Shown one piece after another: positions 1-12,098 of a stretch of DNA of 64,000 nucleotides. Position numbers and translations under genes: made by a program. The stretch comes from Dipteris shenzhenensis (lineage: Eukaryota), in the NCBI GenBank assembly GCA_047967505.1, contig CM106538.1. One strand, written 5' to 3'. The stretch's first letter is position 1; the number at the start of each line of letters is the position of its first letter. Under the pieces are notes generated by a model, which saw only the letters and a list, made by a program, of their open reading frames with translations, was not told where the DNA came from and ran no database searches.

Positions 1-1300
1 TAGGTCTTTGCTACTGTGGGCCAATGGTATGAAATAACTGCCTAGTCATCCTATCCCCTTGTTGGACCTAGCATGCCTTGGAGCAGTGGTCAGGGAACTC
101 TTCTCTGTGGATCTCTGTGGCTTGAAGGTCAAGGCACACGCTCTCATACTTTTTACAAGCTTGGGAGACTGGGTCCTACTCCTTGAGTCTCTCTATGGAA
201 GCCAAGTGATGTCCCAATGCTCTCTCCCTCTCATGAAGGAATGTCGCCTCTAAAGGGCTTGTGACTGTAGTTGCTCGCTACTCCTTTGGATTGTTGCTAT
301 TGTCCCCCAACTGGCCCAAGTGTCCTGGGGGGCACTACTGCTAGATCTTTGCTATGTCTTGCTGAACCAGTAACAAGGCATCGAGGATCCGCACTTGCTA
401 TGAAGCACTATCAAGGATTGATCTGACGTTGTCGTCCTAGCTAGGATCCTTGTGGCTCCTCCTTTGTGCATTGCCCACTCCCCCATCCTTGAGCCAATCT
501 AGACCACTTGTCCTCCTATTTGATCATAAACATTTGTGGCCGTGGGCTACATGCGCCCCCGCCCCCCCCTCCCAAACCAACTCTTGCCTACTGTTGGGGA
601 TAAAATCTTCGGCACTTGCCTCGAGAGGAGTGGCACCATTCTCTCAACTCTGATGTTGGAGACTGAGAACATATGCTCCATAAGAACGTCAATAGAACGA
701 CCCATAGTTCACGAGGAAGAGTTAACTTCTGCGGTTGCTAATGCAGGCATCGCATGTAGGTAGTGCATTTTCCAATTGGCAAACAATGCCCTCCTATGCG
801 TGGAAGCTTGTGTGGCGATCGTCGACTTCTGCGACTTCGGGAAGTAATCTGCATTCGTGTGATGGTGCACTAAAGGCATAAATGGTGAAGAGAATGGGGG
901 TTCTCTTGTGGATGGGAAGTTGAAATGCCAAAAAGGACGGTGACACGATCCTGCAAGATTTGACTGTAACACTGACCTGGAAACTCGTCCTCAATCTAAC
1001 CATAATCAAAGCGAAGGTGCCTCGATCCTCTCGACGTCCCTCGAGCACATGGTTTAGAGCTCGACTCATCCATAGGCCCGTTTCTAACCCAAGCGTCCCA
1101 TACCACTTGAGCCTGTTCAGAGGACCCTCGATACACCACCTCTCATTCGCCATGGAGATGGCTAGAGTCCCGGCTTGGGTCCAAGCCTCATCTATCAATT
1201 GAGGAGCACTCAACTGAACTCCACGATAGCACTGGCCCTCCCTCTATATAGAAGGAAACCCGCTATAGATAGCACGATGCTATGAATAGCTCCCTCCATA
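1..1300 (-). mobile_element. Decayed L1-type LINE fragment (ORF1 end / endonuclease / linker region)
   Basis: 165-207 (gggagactgggtcctactccttgagtctctctatggaagccaagt) closely matches 25858-25902 in the intronic LINE; no intact ORF; boundaries approximate. Confidence 0.55.
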
Positions 1301-2067
1301 TAAAGTGAGCACTATATATGAATCAATCTCTATATATAGCAATCTCGGCTAAAAATAGCCATCCAGCCATGTGCTATCCCGTAACCCATGTTCACCTGTT
1401 GTCCAACCCTAGGTACATTATGCACAGGACATACTCCCCTTCCTCTAAGAACTCACTCCTGAGTTCACCAGAAAGCCCAAAAACTCTGTGTTTAGTCAAT
1501 GCCAATAACTAAATTGTGACTATCAGATTGAGTGTGCTAGACTTTCCATGAGAGTGTAATCATGGAGAATCCAAGGCCGGAGCCACAATCTTTGATAACC
1601 AACTCAAGAAAAGTAAATCTCTCAACCTGAACAAGGTTACGTATCTTCGAGGAGTGTTCTCGAGTAACTCTTGAATCCACAGAGTTTGTTCCTTTGACAT
1701 ATATGTACACAAGCATGGTAAAATTCAAAGCTGAAGGTAAATGATTCTGTCAACCTTATCTATTGAGTTCTAACTTTTGCATTCGTGGAGAATTATTCAT
1801 CATGCTGAATATCATTAAACTCAAAATCTTAGGTTGATACAAGGGAATCATTGTTCTAACAACGCCATCAATTGAACCTCTCGAGGTTAATTTTTGGGTT
1901 GTAATTTCGATCAATGAATTACCTGGTATTCAGAAAGAAAATCCATCAATTGAATATCCTTGTAATTCAAAATCTTGGGTTGAAACTTATGACAGACTTT
2001 CAATTGTAGAACAATTAGGTATCCATCTTTCCAAGTCACTTGTTTCAAAAGAAGCATTCTCTCAATC

Positions 2068-2900
2068 TATAATCGTAGGCTATCCTCTAGTGGTTCTAGT
2101 GATGCCCTATAGGCCATGGTATGAGCCTTGTAGCTAGAGACACTTATAGTGTTAGTGTCTTTTAGGCCACATAGGACACTTAGTCCTATGTGACACCTAG
2201 GACACTTAGTCTTAGGTCTAGGTACTTGTACCTTGTAATCCTTTGTTTTTGGTTTATCTAAGTTTGACGTGACGGGTGTTCTTCTGCGACCCCTTGCTAC
2301 TTGCACGCTCTCCTTTCTATCCGATCCTACTGTGGTATCAGAGCGAGATCTGCTTCTTGTGCCTCTTTTTTCGTACCGTCCGTACAACTGTACGGACTTT
2401 TGTACAGATACGTACGGATCACCGTACGTTTCCTTTGTTTGCTGTCCAAGGCTTCTTGAGCTCTTTCGTCGCCACCAAGCATCTCTTTGCTGTTCCTAGA
2501 CTGAGGCGACTCCTCGTAGGCTCCAGCTGCAGCATTTTCGAGGTTCTACACAGTACTGTGGCCATCAGTCGTCACTCTTGTACTTCCCTTCAGTAGACGC
2601 CTAGTTCAAGTGACGCTTTAGTGGATCCAGGCGCCTAGATTCCGTGAACCTTCAATGACCTCTTCACAGTTGTCTGCAGGAGTCGTTCTGCTATTGCGAC
2701 CTGTTCAGATCCCCACACAAGACACCTGCAGTTACGCACTTATTTCGAGGTGCCTAAGGGCAGTTCCAGTTTGACGCACCTGAGTCAACATACCACACAT
2801 CATTGCTTTCTTCTGCACTTGTCACAGATTGTTTCCCTTGGGATGGGGTACTAGTGGATGGACTTTAAGGCTTTTATGTGTTTGTTGTTGACGACATGCG
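2068..2900 (+). mobile_element. Truncated LTR retrotransposon: putative 5' LTR (~2068-2331), tRNA-Met primer-binding site (PBS) and GTAC-rich leader
   Basis: TGGTATCAGAGC at 2333-2344 follows ...ccgatcctac; no matching second LTR in the window. Confidence 0.55.
2333..2344 (+). promoter_or_regulatory. Primer-binding site complementary to initiator tRNA-Met
   Basis: TGGTATCAGAGC exact match to the canonical plant PBS. Confidence 0.8.
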
Positions 2901-3389
2901 GCCTCTATGGTTCTTCACGACTCTCTTGCATGGCTTCTTCGGTTCCACCCTGATTCAGGCTTCCTTGGAATTCTCCACCGAAAGTGTTTGGGACTCTTGC
3001 TTGGACCAGTTGAGGCCGCAGGTGGGTGGCAGGTCTTGGCCCAGTCCATTTGTCAGTTCCTATGAGTCTGGCAGCGAGTGAAGAGCTGGGGAAAGACCTG
3101 CAGCCAGCCACATCCACAGCAGCGACCCCCCCTCCCCCCTTCTTCTGCGCCCTACGAGCAGGGGGGAGGGAAGAAAATGCCAATGAGCTGCTGCACTAGT
3201 TGGAAAGCGGAACAGGCTGCTGCTGTTCCGCGAACAGCAGTGGTTGAAAAAGGGCACGGAGGAGGCGCGTGTGACAGGCGGGGAGGAAGGAGGAGGAGCA
3301 AGGGAGGAGGGCAAGCAGATTTTTTTTTTTTTTGGGGGGGGGGGGGAGCTCCAATCTTGTTAAATTCTAGCATACCACATTGCAGATCT

Positions 3390-6300
3390 ATCTCCCCATG
3401 GGTTCAAATATTTATGTGTATATGTATTTCATGCTTCTCCTCCTGTTGCATTCCGTCTGTACGCTGAATTTTCGTTGGAGCACGCCATCCGTACAATCGT
3501 CGTCCGTACAATTTGTACGGACTGTTTATGTACAGTTTCACACTGTACTTGCGTCACTCGTCTGTACCTGCTTGTACTTGTCGTACTTGCACGTATCGTA
3601 CCTGCTACTTTCGTACCTGTCGCACTTGCAATCTCGTCAATACTGTACTTGCGACGCCTTGCCATTCGCCATTTGTCATCGTACAGATCGTCGTCGTCGT
3701 ACTGCATGTGTAGCGCTGCCTTCCGTACTGTACCGTACAGCTTGTCGCCGTACGCATGTACTTCGTCGTACCGTTTCGCAGATCCGTACATCCGTACAAC
3801 AGATCTGCTCGTTCGTACAGTCCACGACCGTACAGTCCAGTTGCAAAAATTGTACTTGCAGATATGTACATGCAGATCCGTACATGGTTTCCTTCATCTA
3901 CTGGTGATCCTTGGTAGGCATTCTTGCAGTTCTTCTGCAACATTTGCAGATTTGGTGGTATTTGTGCAGACATTTGCAGTCATTTGGGTACTTTCGGGTT
4001 CATAGTTGCTTGTGAAGCAGACATTGCAGGCAGATTCAGAGGGTTAGCCAAAAATTTGGGGCTTTCTGCTGAAATTGCAAAATTTGGGGCTTTTTGTGCT
4101 TTTGCCCCTTTTTGGTTGCAATTACAAGCTCGAAATTTGGGGCTGTCAATTTTGCAGTACAATTTATTGAAGAAAGCTGGGGCTTTTGCAGACAAAGCGC
4201 AATTCTTGCAACATTTGGGGCTTTTGATCAATTTGCCCCTTTCTGGTTGCAATTTCAGGCCTATTTTGGGGCTTTTGTGTTGGGAGAGCAATTTTGGAGA
4301 TTTCAGTTCATACTGCCTTCCTTGGAAGTGTTTTGCAGCACTTTTGGCAGATTTTGAGAGTTTTTTGATGCTTGGACAGATTTCTGACAGTGCAAGTGCA
4401 GAAATCTGAGTTGCATTCACAGCTAGTGCTTGGCTGTGTTTTTTGGGAGTTGTGCATTTCATTCCTAGTAAGGGAATTCAGTCTTGTATCTGCTAAAATC
4501 TCTTTCTCAGATATGGCCCAGCAAAATCAGAATGATTTCTAGTTCGGTGGTCTTTCACAGGAAGACAAGTTGGATGGTACCAACTACTCCCTCTGGAGTT
4601 TTATGGTACGCAATATTCTGATTTCTCGCAATTTATGGGATTATGTGAATGGGGGTGAGATCCGACTAGCAGGTATGGCACCTAATACCCCTCCTTAGCA
4701 AGGAGGTGGAAGAGGTCGTGCACAGGGTGTAGCTGCAGAACAAGTTGTTGGTGCAGCTATAGCCACTACTCCGGAGCAGAAGAGATGAGATTCACGGGAT
4801 GCCTTAGCTTTGTCATGCATCTCTCTTTTAGTGAAAAGATTTATCATTCCGCATATCCGGTCGTGTAAGACCTCGAAGGCAGCGTGGGATATCTTAGAAA
4901 GCATGTATGCAGCCCGGAATGATGCAAGGGTATCTTTCTTGAAAAGAGAGTTAAGTAATACACATATGTAAGAGGGTGACTCCATGTTAGTCCACCTCAC
5001 AAAGCTACAAGATCTCAGAGAGCAATTATTGAACATAGATGAGATTATTCCTGATTTAGAGATGATTACTACCACTCTGAATTCTCTTCCTGAGTCTTAT
5101 CTCAGCTTTCATACCTTGCTGAACTTATCATTGAGGGGGGGTGCAAATCCTCTCACTTTTCATGAGTTGATAGGACTTCTGCTTCAGGAAGAGCAGACCA
5201 GGAAAAACAAATCAGCCTTCCAGTGGGTCAGGACAGCCCTCACAAAAGGCTAAAAATGATGCAAGTAAGCCCAAGAAGAAGGGTTTTTGTCATTACTGCA
5301 AAAAGCCAGGTCATCACATTACAGAATGCAGGAAAAGGCTTGCAAAAGAGAAGAAAAACAGGTCCGGTATGGCTGTTTCAGATTCAGCTCCTCATGCATC
5401 TGACAGTGGGGATGCTGCAGCCAACTTTGTTGGACAGGATTATGCCTTCTTATCTTGCATTTCAGATTCTAGGCTGGCTGCTCCAGATGCTCGGGATAGT
5501 ACAGCCACTTGTAATGATGATACATATGCCTTTTTGACTTGCAGTTATGACTCTTCTGCGGATGCATCTGCTTTCAGTGTCAATGAAACACTGAATACTT
5601 GGTATTTTGACAGCGGTGCATCTAAACATATCACTTCTAGAAAGTGTCTCTTTACTTCCTTGCATCCACCTCCCGTTGGTAAGAAAGTCACTTGTGCCAA
5701 TAACTCATCATATTCAGTACGTGGCACAGGAGAAGTTGAGCTTATTGCCATTGATGGCTCAGTTTTCAGACTTTCAGATGTCTTATATGTGCCTGGTATC
5801 ACCAAGAATCTTCTTTCAGTGTCCACTCTTAACAGGGCTGGATTTTAGGTCATCTTTGAGGATGACAAATGTGCTGTCCGAGATAGGGAAAATGATTATG
5901 CCTTGAGATTATCTGGTACTTTGCTGCGTGGGCTTTTTCAGCTTGATCTTTTTGAGAAAAGAGCAGCCCATGCTCTTGCAGTTTCTACCCCTACTGTTGC
6001 CATTATCTATCCCACCAACCCATCGCCCCACTTTGCCTTGTCATGTGCTTGGCATCAAGCTCACTTGCATACTTATCTTTTGCCCCTCTACTTCTTCTCC
6101 CTCATGGACCTCACTTTAGCTCCACTCTCACCTCTCCTTACCCATTGCTCTTCTATCTTGTCTCCTACCATAGTTCTTTCTCTCTTTCTCTCGGACCTGG
6201 TTCCTTCTACTTGACCTACTGCATGCGTCATTGACGTTTCACTTGGATTGTATTATTGTGTTCTTGACAAGCCACCTCTACGCTCCCGCTCCTTGCCTCC

Positions 6301-9100
6301 ACCTTACACTTGTCCAACACTCAGGTCCCTTTCTCTATCCTTGCTTGCTTTTCTTCTTGTAATGGTTGCTGTGTTTGGCACTTAAATGTTCTCAGCTCTT
6401 TACAGGTTGCCTTTAGGGTTGCGTTACTATCATTTTATGTGGGTACCCATGAGTTTCAGCTGCTCGCTTCTACCTTCAAAGTGATCTCATAGTGTTGTGG
6501 CTTCATGGCTCCACCCTTGCATTTGGTTGCCTCCTCTTTTGCTCAATGACTCAACTTTCGTTTGACAGATGTATGCTGAAAAGCAAACGCATGCCTCACA
6601 AATTCTGGCTTGAAGGTCTGATGTGTGCCAACTACATTTTAAATCGGGCTCCCACTAAGGCTTTGGAAACAAAAACTCCCCATGAGGTTTGGAATGGGAG
6701 AAAGCCTTCAGTGGATCATTTCCGAGTCTTTGGATGCCTTGCATATGCTCATGTGCCAGTTGAATTTCGGCATAAGTTGTCAGATAAGGCAATTAAGTGC
6801 ATATTTGTTGGGTACAAAGGGGTACCGTCTCTACAATCGTGCTACACGCAAGATCATTGTCAGTAGAGATGTGATATTTGCAGAAAATTCAGCTCACACT
6901 CATGCTGAATTTCATATGCCTTCTTCTTCAGAGGATGTTTTTGAGGGGTTACTACCCATTGCTTTGGGTTCCCCTGTTGATATTTCTGATGCAAATCAGA
7001 ATTTACAGCCACTCACGATTGTCCAATTCAGCCACAAGATGTCTTGCCACCTCCACAGGCAGTGGAACAGGTAGTTCAGCAAGAAATTGCAGACATACAT
7101 GCAGCAAAAATAGTCCCAAACTGGTTGTTACAGACTCTCAGGGAGAGTAAGATTGATGCTTCATTACTTGGCAGGACTCGCAGTGCAGCAAGGCACATGG
7201 AAGGTGCTAATTCAGTGGAATCAGCATATGCAGGTACTCTTCTCGATGAGGAGGAGCCTGCAACATTCGAAGAAGCAAAGGACAATGTGCATTGGATGAA
7301 TGCCATGCAAGATGAGTTGCAGTCCATTAAGAAAAATCAGACTTGGGATGTTGTAGACTTGCCACTAGGTAAACATGCCATTGGCACACGATGGGTTTTC
7401 AAGGTGAAACGGAAGCCAGATGGCTCCATTGACAAATTCAAGGCAGGCTGGTTGCTAAAGGCTATGCTCAGAAAAAGGGCTAGATTATGAGGAGACTTTT
7501 GCTCCTACATCGCGGATGACCACCATCTGATCTGTTATTGCAATGGCTGCACATTTTGAGTGGAATGTTCATCAGTTGGACATAAAAACAGCCTTCTTAA
7601 ATGGAGACTTGTTGGAAGAGGTTTATGTCAAACAACCTCCAGGCTTTGAAATTACAACAAATGCACTTCAGGTATGCAAGCTAAACAAAGCTTTGTATGG
7701 GCTGAAACAGGCCCCTCGTGCATGGTATGCCAAGATTCATGCCTTTCTGACTAGCAAGGGGCTGCACAATAGTCCTATTGAGAGCACCCTCTACATCAAG
7801 ATGGATGGGGGGGAAATTTTAGTCATCCTTCTGTATGTCGATGACTTACTGCTCACAGGGTCGAATGAAGATAATATTGCAGATTTCAAAGCTGATTTCA
7901 GACCACCTTTGACATGTCAGATTTGGGGCTGCTTCACTTTTATCTGGGGATCCAGTTTTCTCAAGAGAGACGTGGCAGTGTTATGTCTCAGTCCAAGTAT
8001 GTGCAGAAACTCTTGGACAGATTTAACATGCATGATTGTAAGCCCATAGCCACTCCCATGGAGCTGGGGTTGAAACTCACAATGCATGATGTAGGAGAAT
8101 CAGTTGATGCCACATCTTACAGTCAGGTTGTTGGATGCGTCATATATCTCTGCAACACTAGACGTGATATTCAGTTTGCAATATCTCAGGTGAGCAGGTA
8201 TATGCACAGCCCAAAAACTATGCATTGGCAGGCAGTTAAGCGCATCTTCCGTTATTTGCAGGGCACGAAGTCTTTTGGCTTGTTATTTCCCAGGGGGAGT
8301 GACTTGCAGATGCATGCCTACAGTGATTGAGATTGGGCTGGTGATTATGAGACTAGGCAGTCCACTAGTGGCAATTGTTTCTTTTTGGGTAAATCTTGCA
8401 TTTCCTGGCTGAGCAAGAAACAATCTGCAGTGGCTACCTCATCATGTGAAGCTGAGTACAGGGCAGCTTTCACAGCAACAGTTGAATGTGTCTGGCTGCA
8501 ACGTCTATTTGCTGATCTTCATCTGTCTTTGGAGGGTCATTCTCCAATTCTCACTGATAGTCAGAGTGCCATTGCAGTGGCAAAGAATCCAGTGTTTCAT
8601 GCTCGCACGAAGCACATCGAGGTTCACTATCACTACGTTAGAGAGAAGTTGCATGCAGGAGAGATTAGTACGATCTTTGTGTCCACACATGACAACATTG
8701 CAGATATTTTCACCAAAGCACTACCACGTGAAAAGTTTGAGGCATTTCGCAGTGCCTTGAACTTATACCCGTTTGGTGATTGATCAGCCTTGTACATGAC
8801 ATTGGCACTGCAGGGGGGTGTTAGAATTATAGATATAATTCAGCAGTGACCAATGTAATTTAATAAGCTAGTTAGGGGCACTTTTCCCTCTTTAAGAGGT
8901 TTTTTCCCCTAACCGCAGTTAGTTCACTAACTATGGTTAGTGACTACTAAGGTTTTGTCACTAGGACAAAACCTTATCTCTCACTCTTTTAGTTGTACTC
9001 TTACACACTCTTCTATTGCAACTAAGCTTTCAAGCTTTCAGCTCTCAGCTCACACTCTCTTGCTCTCTCTCTCTCCCCAACTCACATCTCTTTCTGAATT
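3390..9100 (+). mobile_element. Ty1/copia retrotransposon, decayed, 5' LTR not found
   Basis: Gag start (DKLDGTNYSLW), CHYCKKPGHHITEC knuckle, protease WYFDSGASKH, integrase C-terminal part, RT (QLDIKTAFLNG, LYGLKQAPRAW, YVDDLL), RNase H (TKHIEVHYHYVRE); polypurine tract (PPT) AGGGGGG 8812-8818, then TG of the 3' LTR at 8819; outer boundaries approximate. Confidence 0.9.
4513..8783 (+). pseudogene. Copia gag-pol polyprotein, broken by stops/frameshifts, integrase core missing
   Basis: ORF pieces 4984-5253, 5369-5848, 6492-7490, 7543-8330 and 8385-8783 carry collinear gag-PR-INT-RT-RH motifs. Confidence 0.9.
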
Positions 9101-10031
9101 CCTTTTGACGAGTTGAGGTTTTGAGAAACGCTTTGGTGGAAGATGCTTCTTGCCTCTTTTTGCTAGTCCTCTTTTTGTTGACGCATCATGTGACATTGGA
9201 GGGACTCCAACTTAATGTGAACGGAGGTTGTTTCAATCAGATGAGATCCTTGAGAAGAGGACCAAGACAAAGTGATTGATGACAAAAGGGGAAGCATCCA
9301 AGGAGTTTGTAATTGACCTTTTTATGGCAGGCAAGTGGTGGATCACTTTTCTTCCTAACTGATCAGACTTGTTTAGATAAGAGCTGATTGACTCTTAGTT
9401 TGTCTATTCTAGTATTATACCCTTTGACTGCTCCTGTTTTTCTTAAAAACTGATTGGATTTGAATCGAACTATATAGCTGAACAATGAGCGATCCTTCCA
9501 TTTCAAGGTCAATTTGTGTGTGTAAGCTTTAGCAAGGAAAAGATAAGCTCAAGTAGCAGCTGAAAAGAATAAACCTGCATAAACATGAAAGCTAATGGTT
9601 GATGATTGAAAGATGAATTATTTCTTTTTCTCTAAATTCCTACTTATACAAAGCTGGTGGAACTATAAAGCAAAAGCTCTAAAACCACAAAAAGGATGAA
9701 CCCCAGTAGTCTAATAAAAACTAGTTTGGCAGGGGTACTATGATCAAGTCATCTATGTATGCATTCACCAGCACCTGTGCATGCACTCATGGCTCACCAT
9801 TGCACACCTGTGTTTACATTGATTATAGGAAACATATTGAGCATATGCTTGAAAACATATTTCCAGTTTGTAATCTCAAACTTTTAATACGATTTTCATT
9901 CTTACTTGTTTTTAAGTAGATAAAATCTGAGAAAGCATAACTTCAAGTGACATTCAAAAACGTGTTGCAAGAACTTGCTTTTATTGGCGGTATTGAAATT
10001 TGTAACTTGACACATGTTATTTGTAGTGCAG

Positions 10032-12067
10032 GATAAATTGCAAAATCTTGCTGGAGTGTCATCAGGTTATATAGAATCACTTTCACCAAAAGTGAAGAGA
10101 CGCGTTGTGGCACTTCAAGAGATGCAGGTCCTTTTAACATGCTCTTCTTTCCTTTGTGGGGTCTTTTGAGGGAATTTCTAACATGCTCTTCATTCCTTTG
10201 TGGGGTCTTTTTAGGGAATTTCTACTTCTTCTTTAGACCTTGTTGGGAGTCCATGTGCTTGTGTTTAACTGCTTTAGTTTGTTTGCATGCTTGTGTGTGT
10301 AGTACAAGTCTGGTAAGCTTTTGAGGCTGATGTATCAATTGTCTTAAGATGCTTGTTTTTGAGTTTGCACATTGTGTGTGAAAATAAATAAATAAGGTGA
10401 ATGTTACCACATGCACCAAGGGGGGGGGGGGGTAGGGGGGTAGAAAGAAAGAAAGTCTATTAACATCCATGGGAGACCAAGAAGTCTATGGGACAACGTG
10501 AGAAACCAACTAGTACATCAGCTTAGCTCCCAAGGAGTGCAAAGGCAGCTCCATTTTATTTTAAGTACCTACGTGATAGCCTAGATAAAACATACATATA
10601 TATAGCTGGCCGTATATCAGTTTAAGACTGAGAGTCTTTTGGTTTTGGTTTAAACTCTTTAATGAGTGCTACACCTTCACGATAGACTGCCCATTTACCG
10701 TCCTTCCTGGCAGCTCGAACCTTTGCTAATTCCTTTGCCTTATCCTTCAGTTTAGCTCTTGTGAGTTCTTTGGCTATCCATACCTTAGTCCCTTTCAGCT
10801 TGTGAGATTGTCGTAGTACTTTTATATGTATGTCTAGTGAGTTGAATGTAATGATAGCATGACCATTATGCAGACTGATCTGGACCACTCGAGCCTCACC
10901 ATCATCATTAGGATTATCAGGATTGTCATCTGCATCAGCTGTCCAATCAATAGTAGGCAGGCTGCTTTGACATGTGCAAAGGTATCACTGAATGATTCCC
11001 CAATTCTGATTTTCAAAGCATTATCCTTTCTACCTGCATGTTCTTTAATTTCTTCCTGAATATTAGCTTTGTTGACCTTTGCATCAAACTCCACAATCAC
11101 TTCTTGCTTGGCTGTCTGCACCTCAGTTTGAACTAGATTCTTGACTGCAGAGACTAGTTGGGGGGTAGGGGGGGAAGCATTGCATGACTTAACAACCTCG
11201 TCAATGACTTCCTTCTTACCAGGTCCTTCCAAAACTTGAATTCTAGTTATGGCATCTGCCAGCTGCATCCTCAGCTCTCTCACTTGATCCTGTAAGAAGC
11301 AAACCTGTTCATGATAATTGTAAAGTTCAGTGGCTTCACGGGAATTGTGTTGCTTGTGCACAAGGTCCCTCTCCATTGGGGGTGGGTTGGCTCTCCCACC
11401 ACCAAGGAGCTGGCTGATTCAGGCCAACCTGCCCTCCCTTGGCCAACCAGATGTCTGCTGCAGCACACATGGCTGCTGTCCATGTGACAATCACATCACA
11501 TGTGACAGCCTGTTTGTTGTTGCTCACATGGCACAGCCCTAGGGCTACATTCATGTGCCCACTCATCCATTCATTCAATATAGGTGACAAGCCGCTAAGC
11601 TCTCCTCATAAGGGGACCTACATGTGGGGCATTGTCCTTTCTACCTAACACCTCAACAATTCATTGTGTGGCCACACCAACGTTTTAAAGAGGCGCTTCG
11701 TCAACTCCTAACAATTGGTCTAGTTTAGGCTCTGCATTGTACATGTGCCGTGCGTGCTCCTCCTTCCACATCATAGAGATAAGCGGTCTCAGATGTGATA
11801 TGAAAAGAACTGCCACACCTCCAAAGCCTCGACCCCACTATCGCTCCTTGTCTCTTGGCTGTGAGTAGACTCCTAGGTGTACCCTATGACTAGGGTAGTT
11901 CTCTCTTTGACTCTCATGTGTCTAAGTGTAGAATATAATCCTTAGATCAGACCGTTTGTAGCTCCATACCAGTGCTGTCGGTTGCTCACGGGTGCGACCC
12001 TGTGACATCTCTTGGTCATAGTTCTACGCCTAACAAGGGCCCCTGTAACCCCAGTAACAAGGGCCCC

Positions 12068-12098
<31 letters not shown>

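Noticed and set aside
1700-1745. AAG|GTAAAT as the donor of a missing upstream NAP1 exon
   Set aside because: The required frame contains a stop and shows no NAP1-like peptide
3380-4005. Several long overlapping ORFs on both strands (175-176 aa)
   Set aside because: By-product of the stop-poor GTAC-rich repeat leader; no domain motifs
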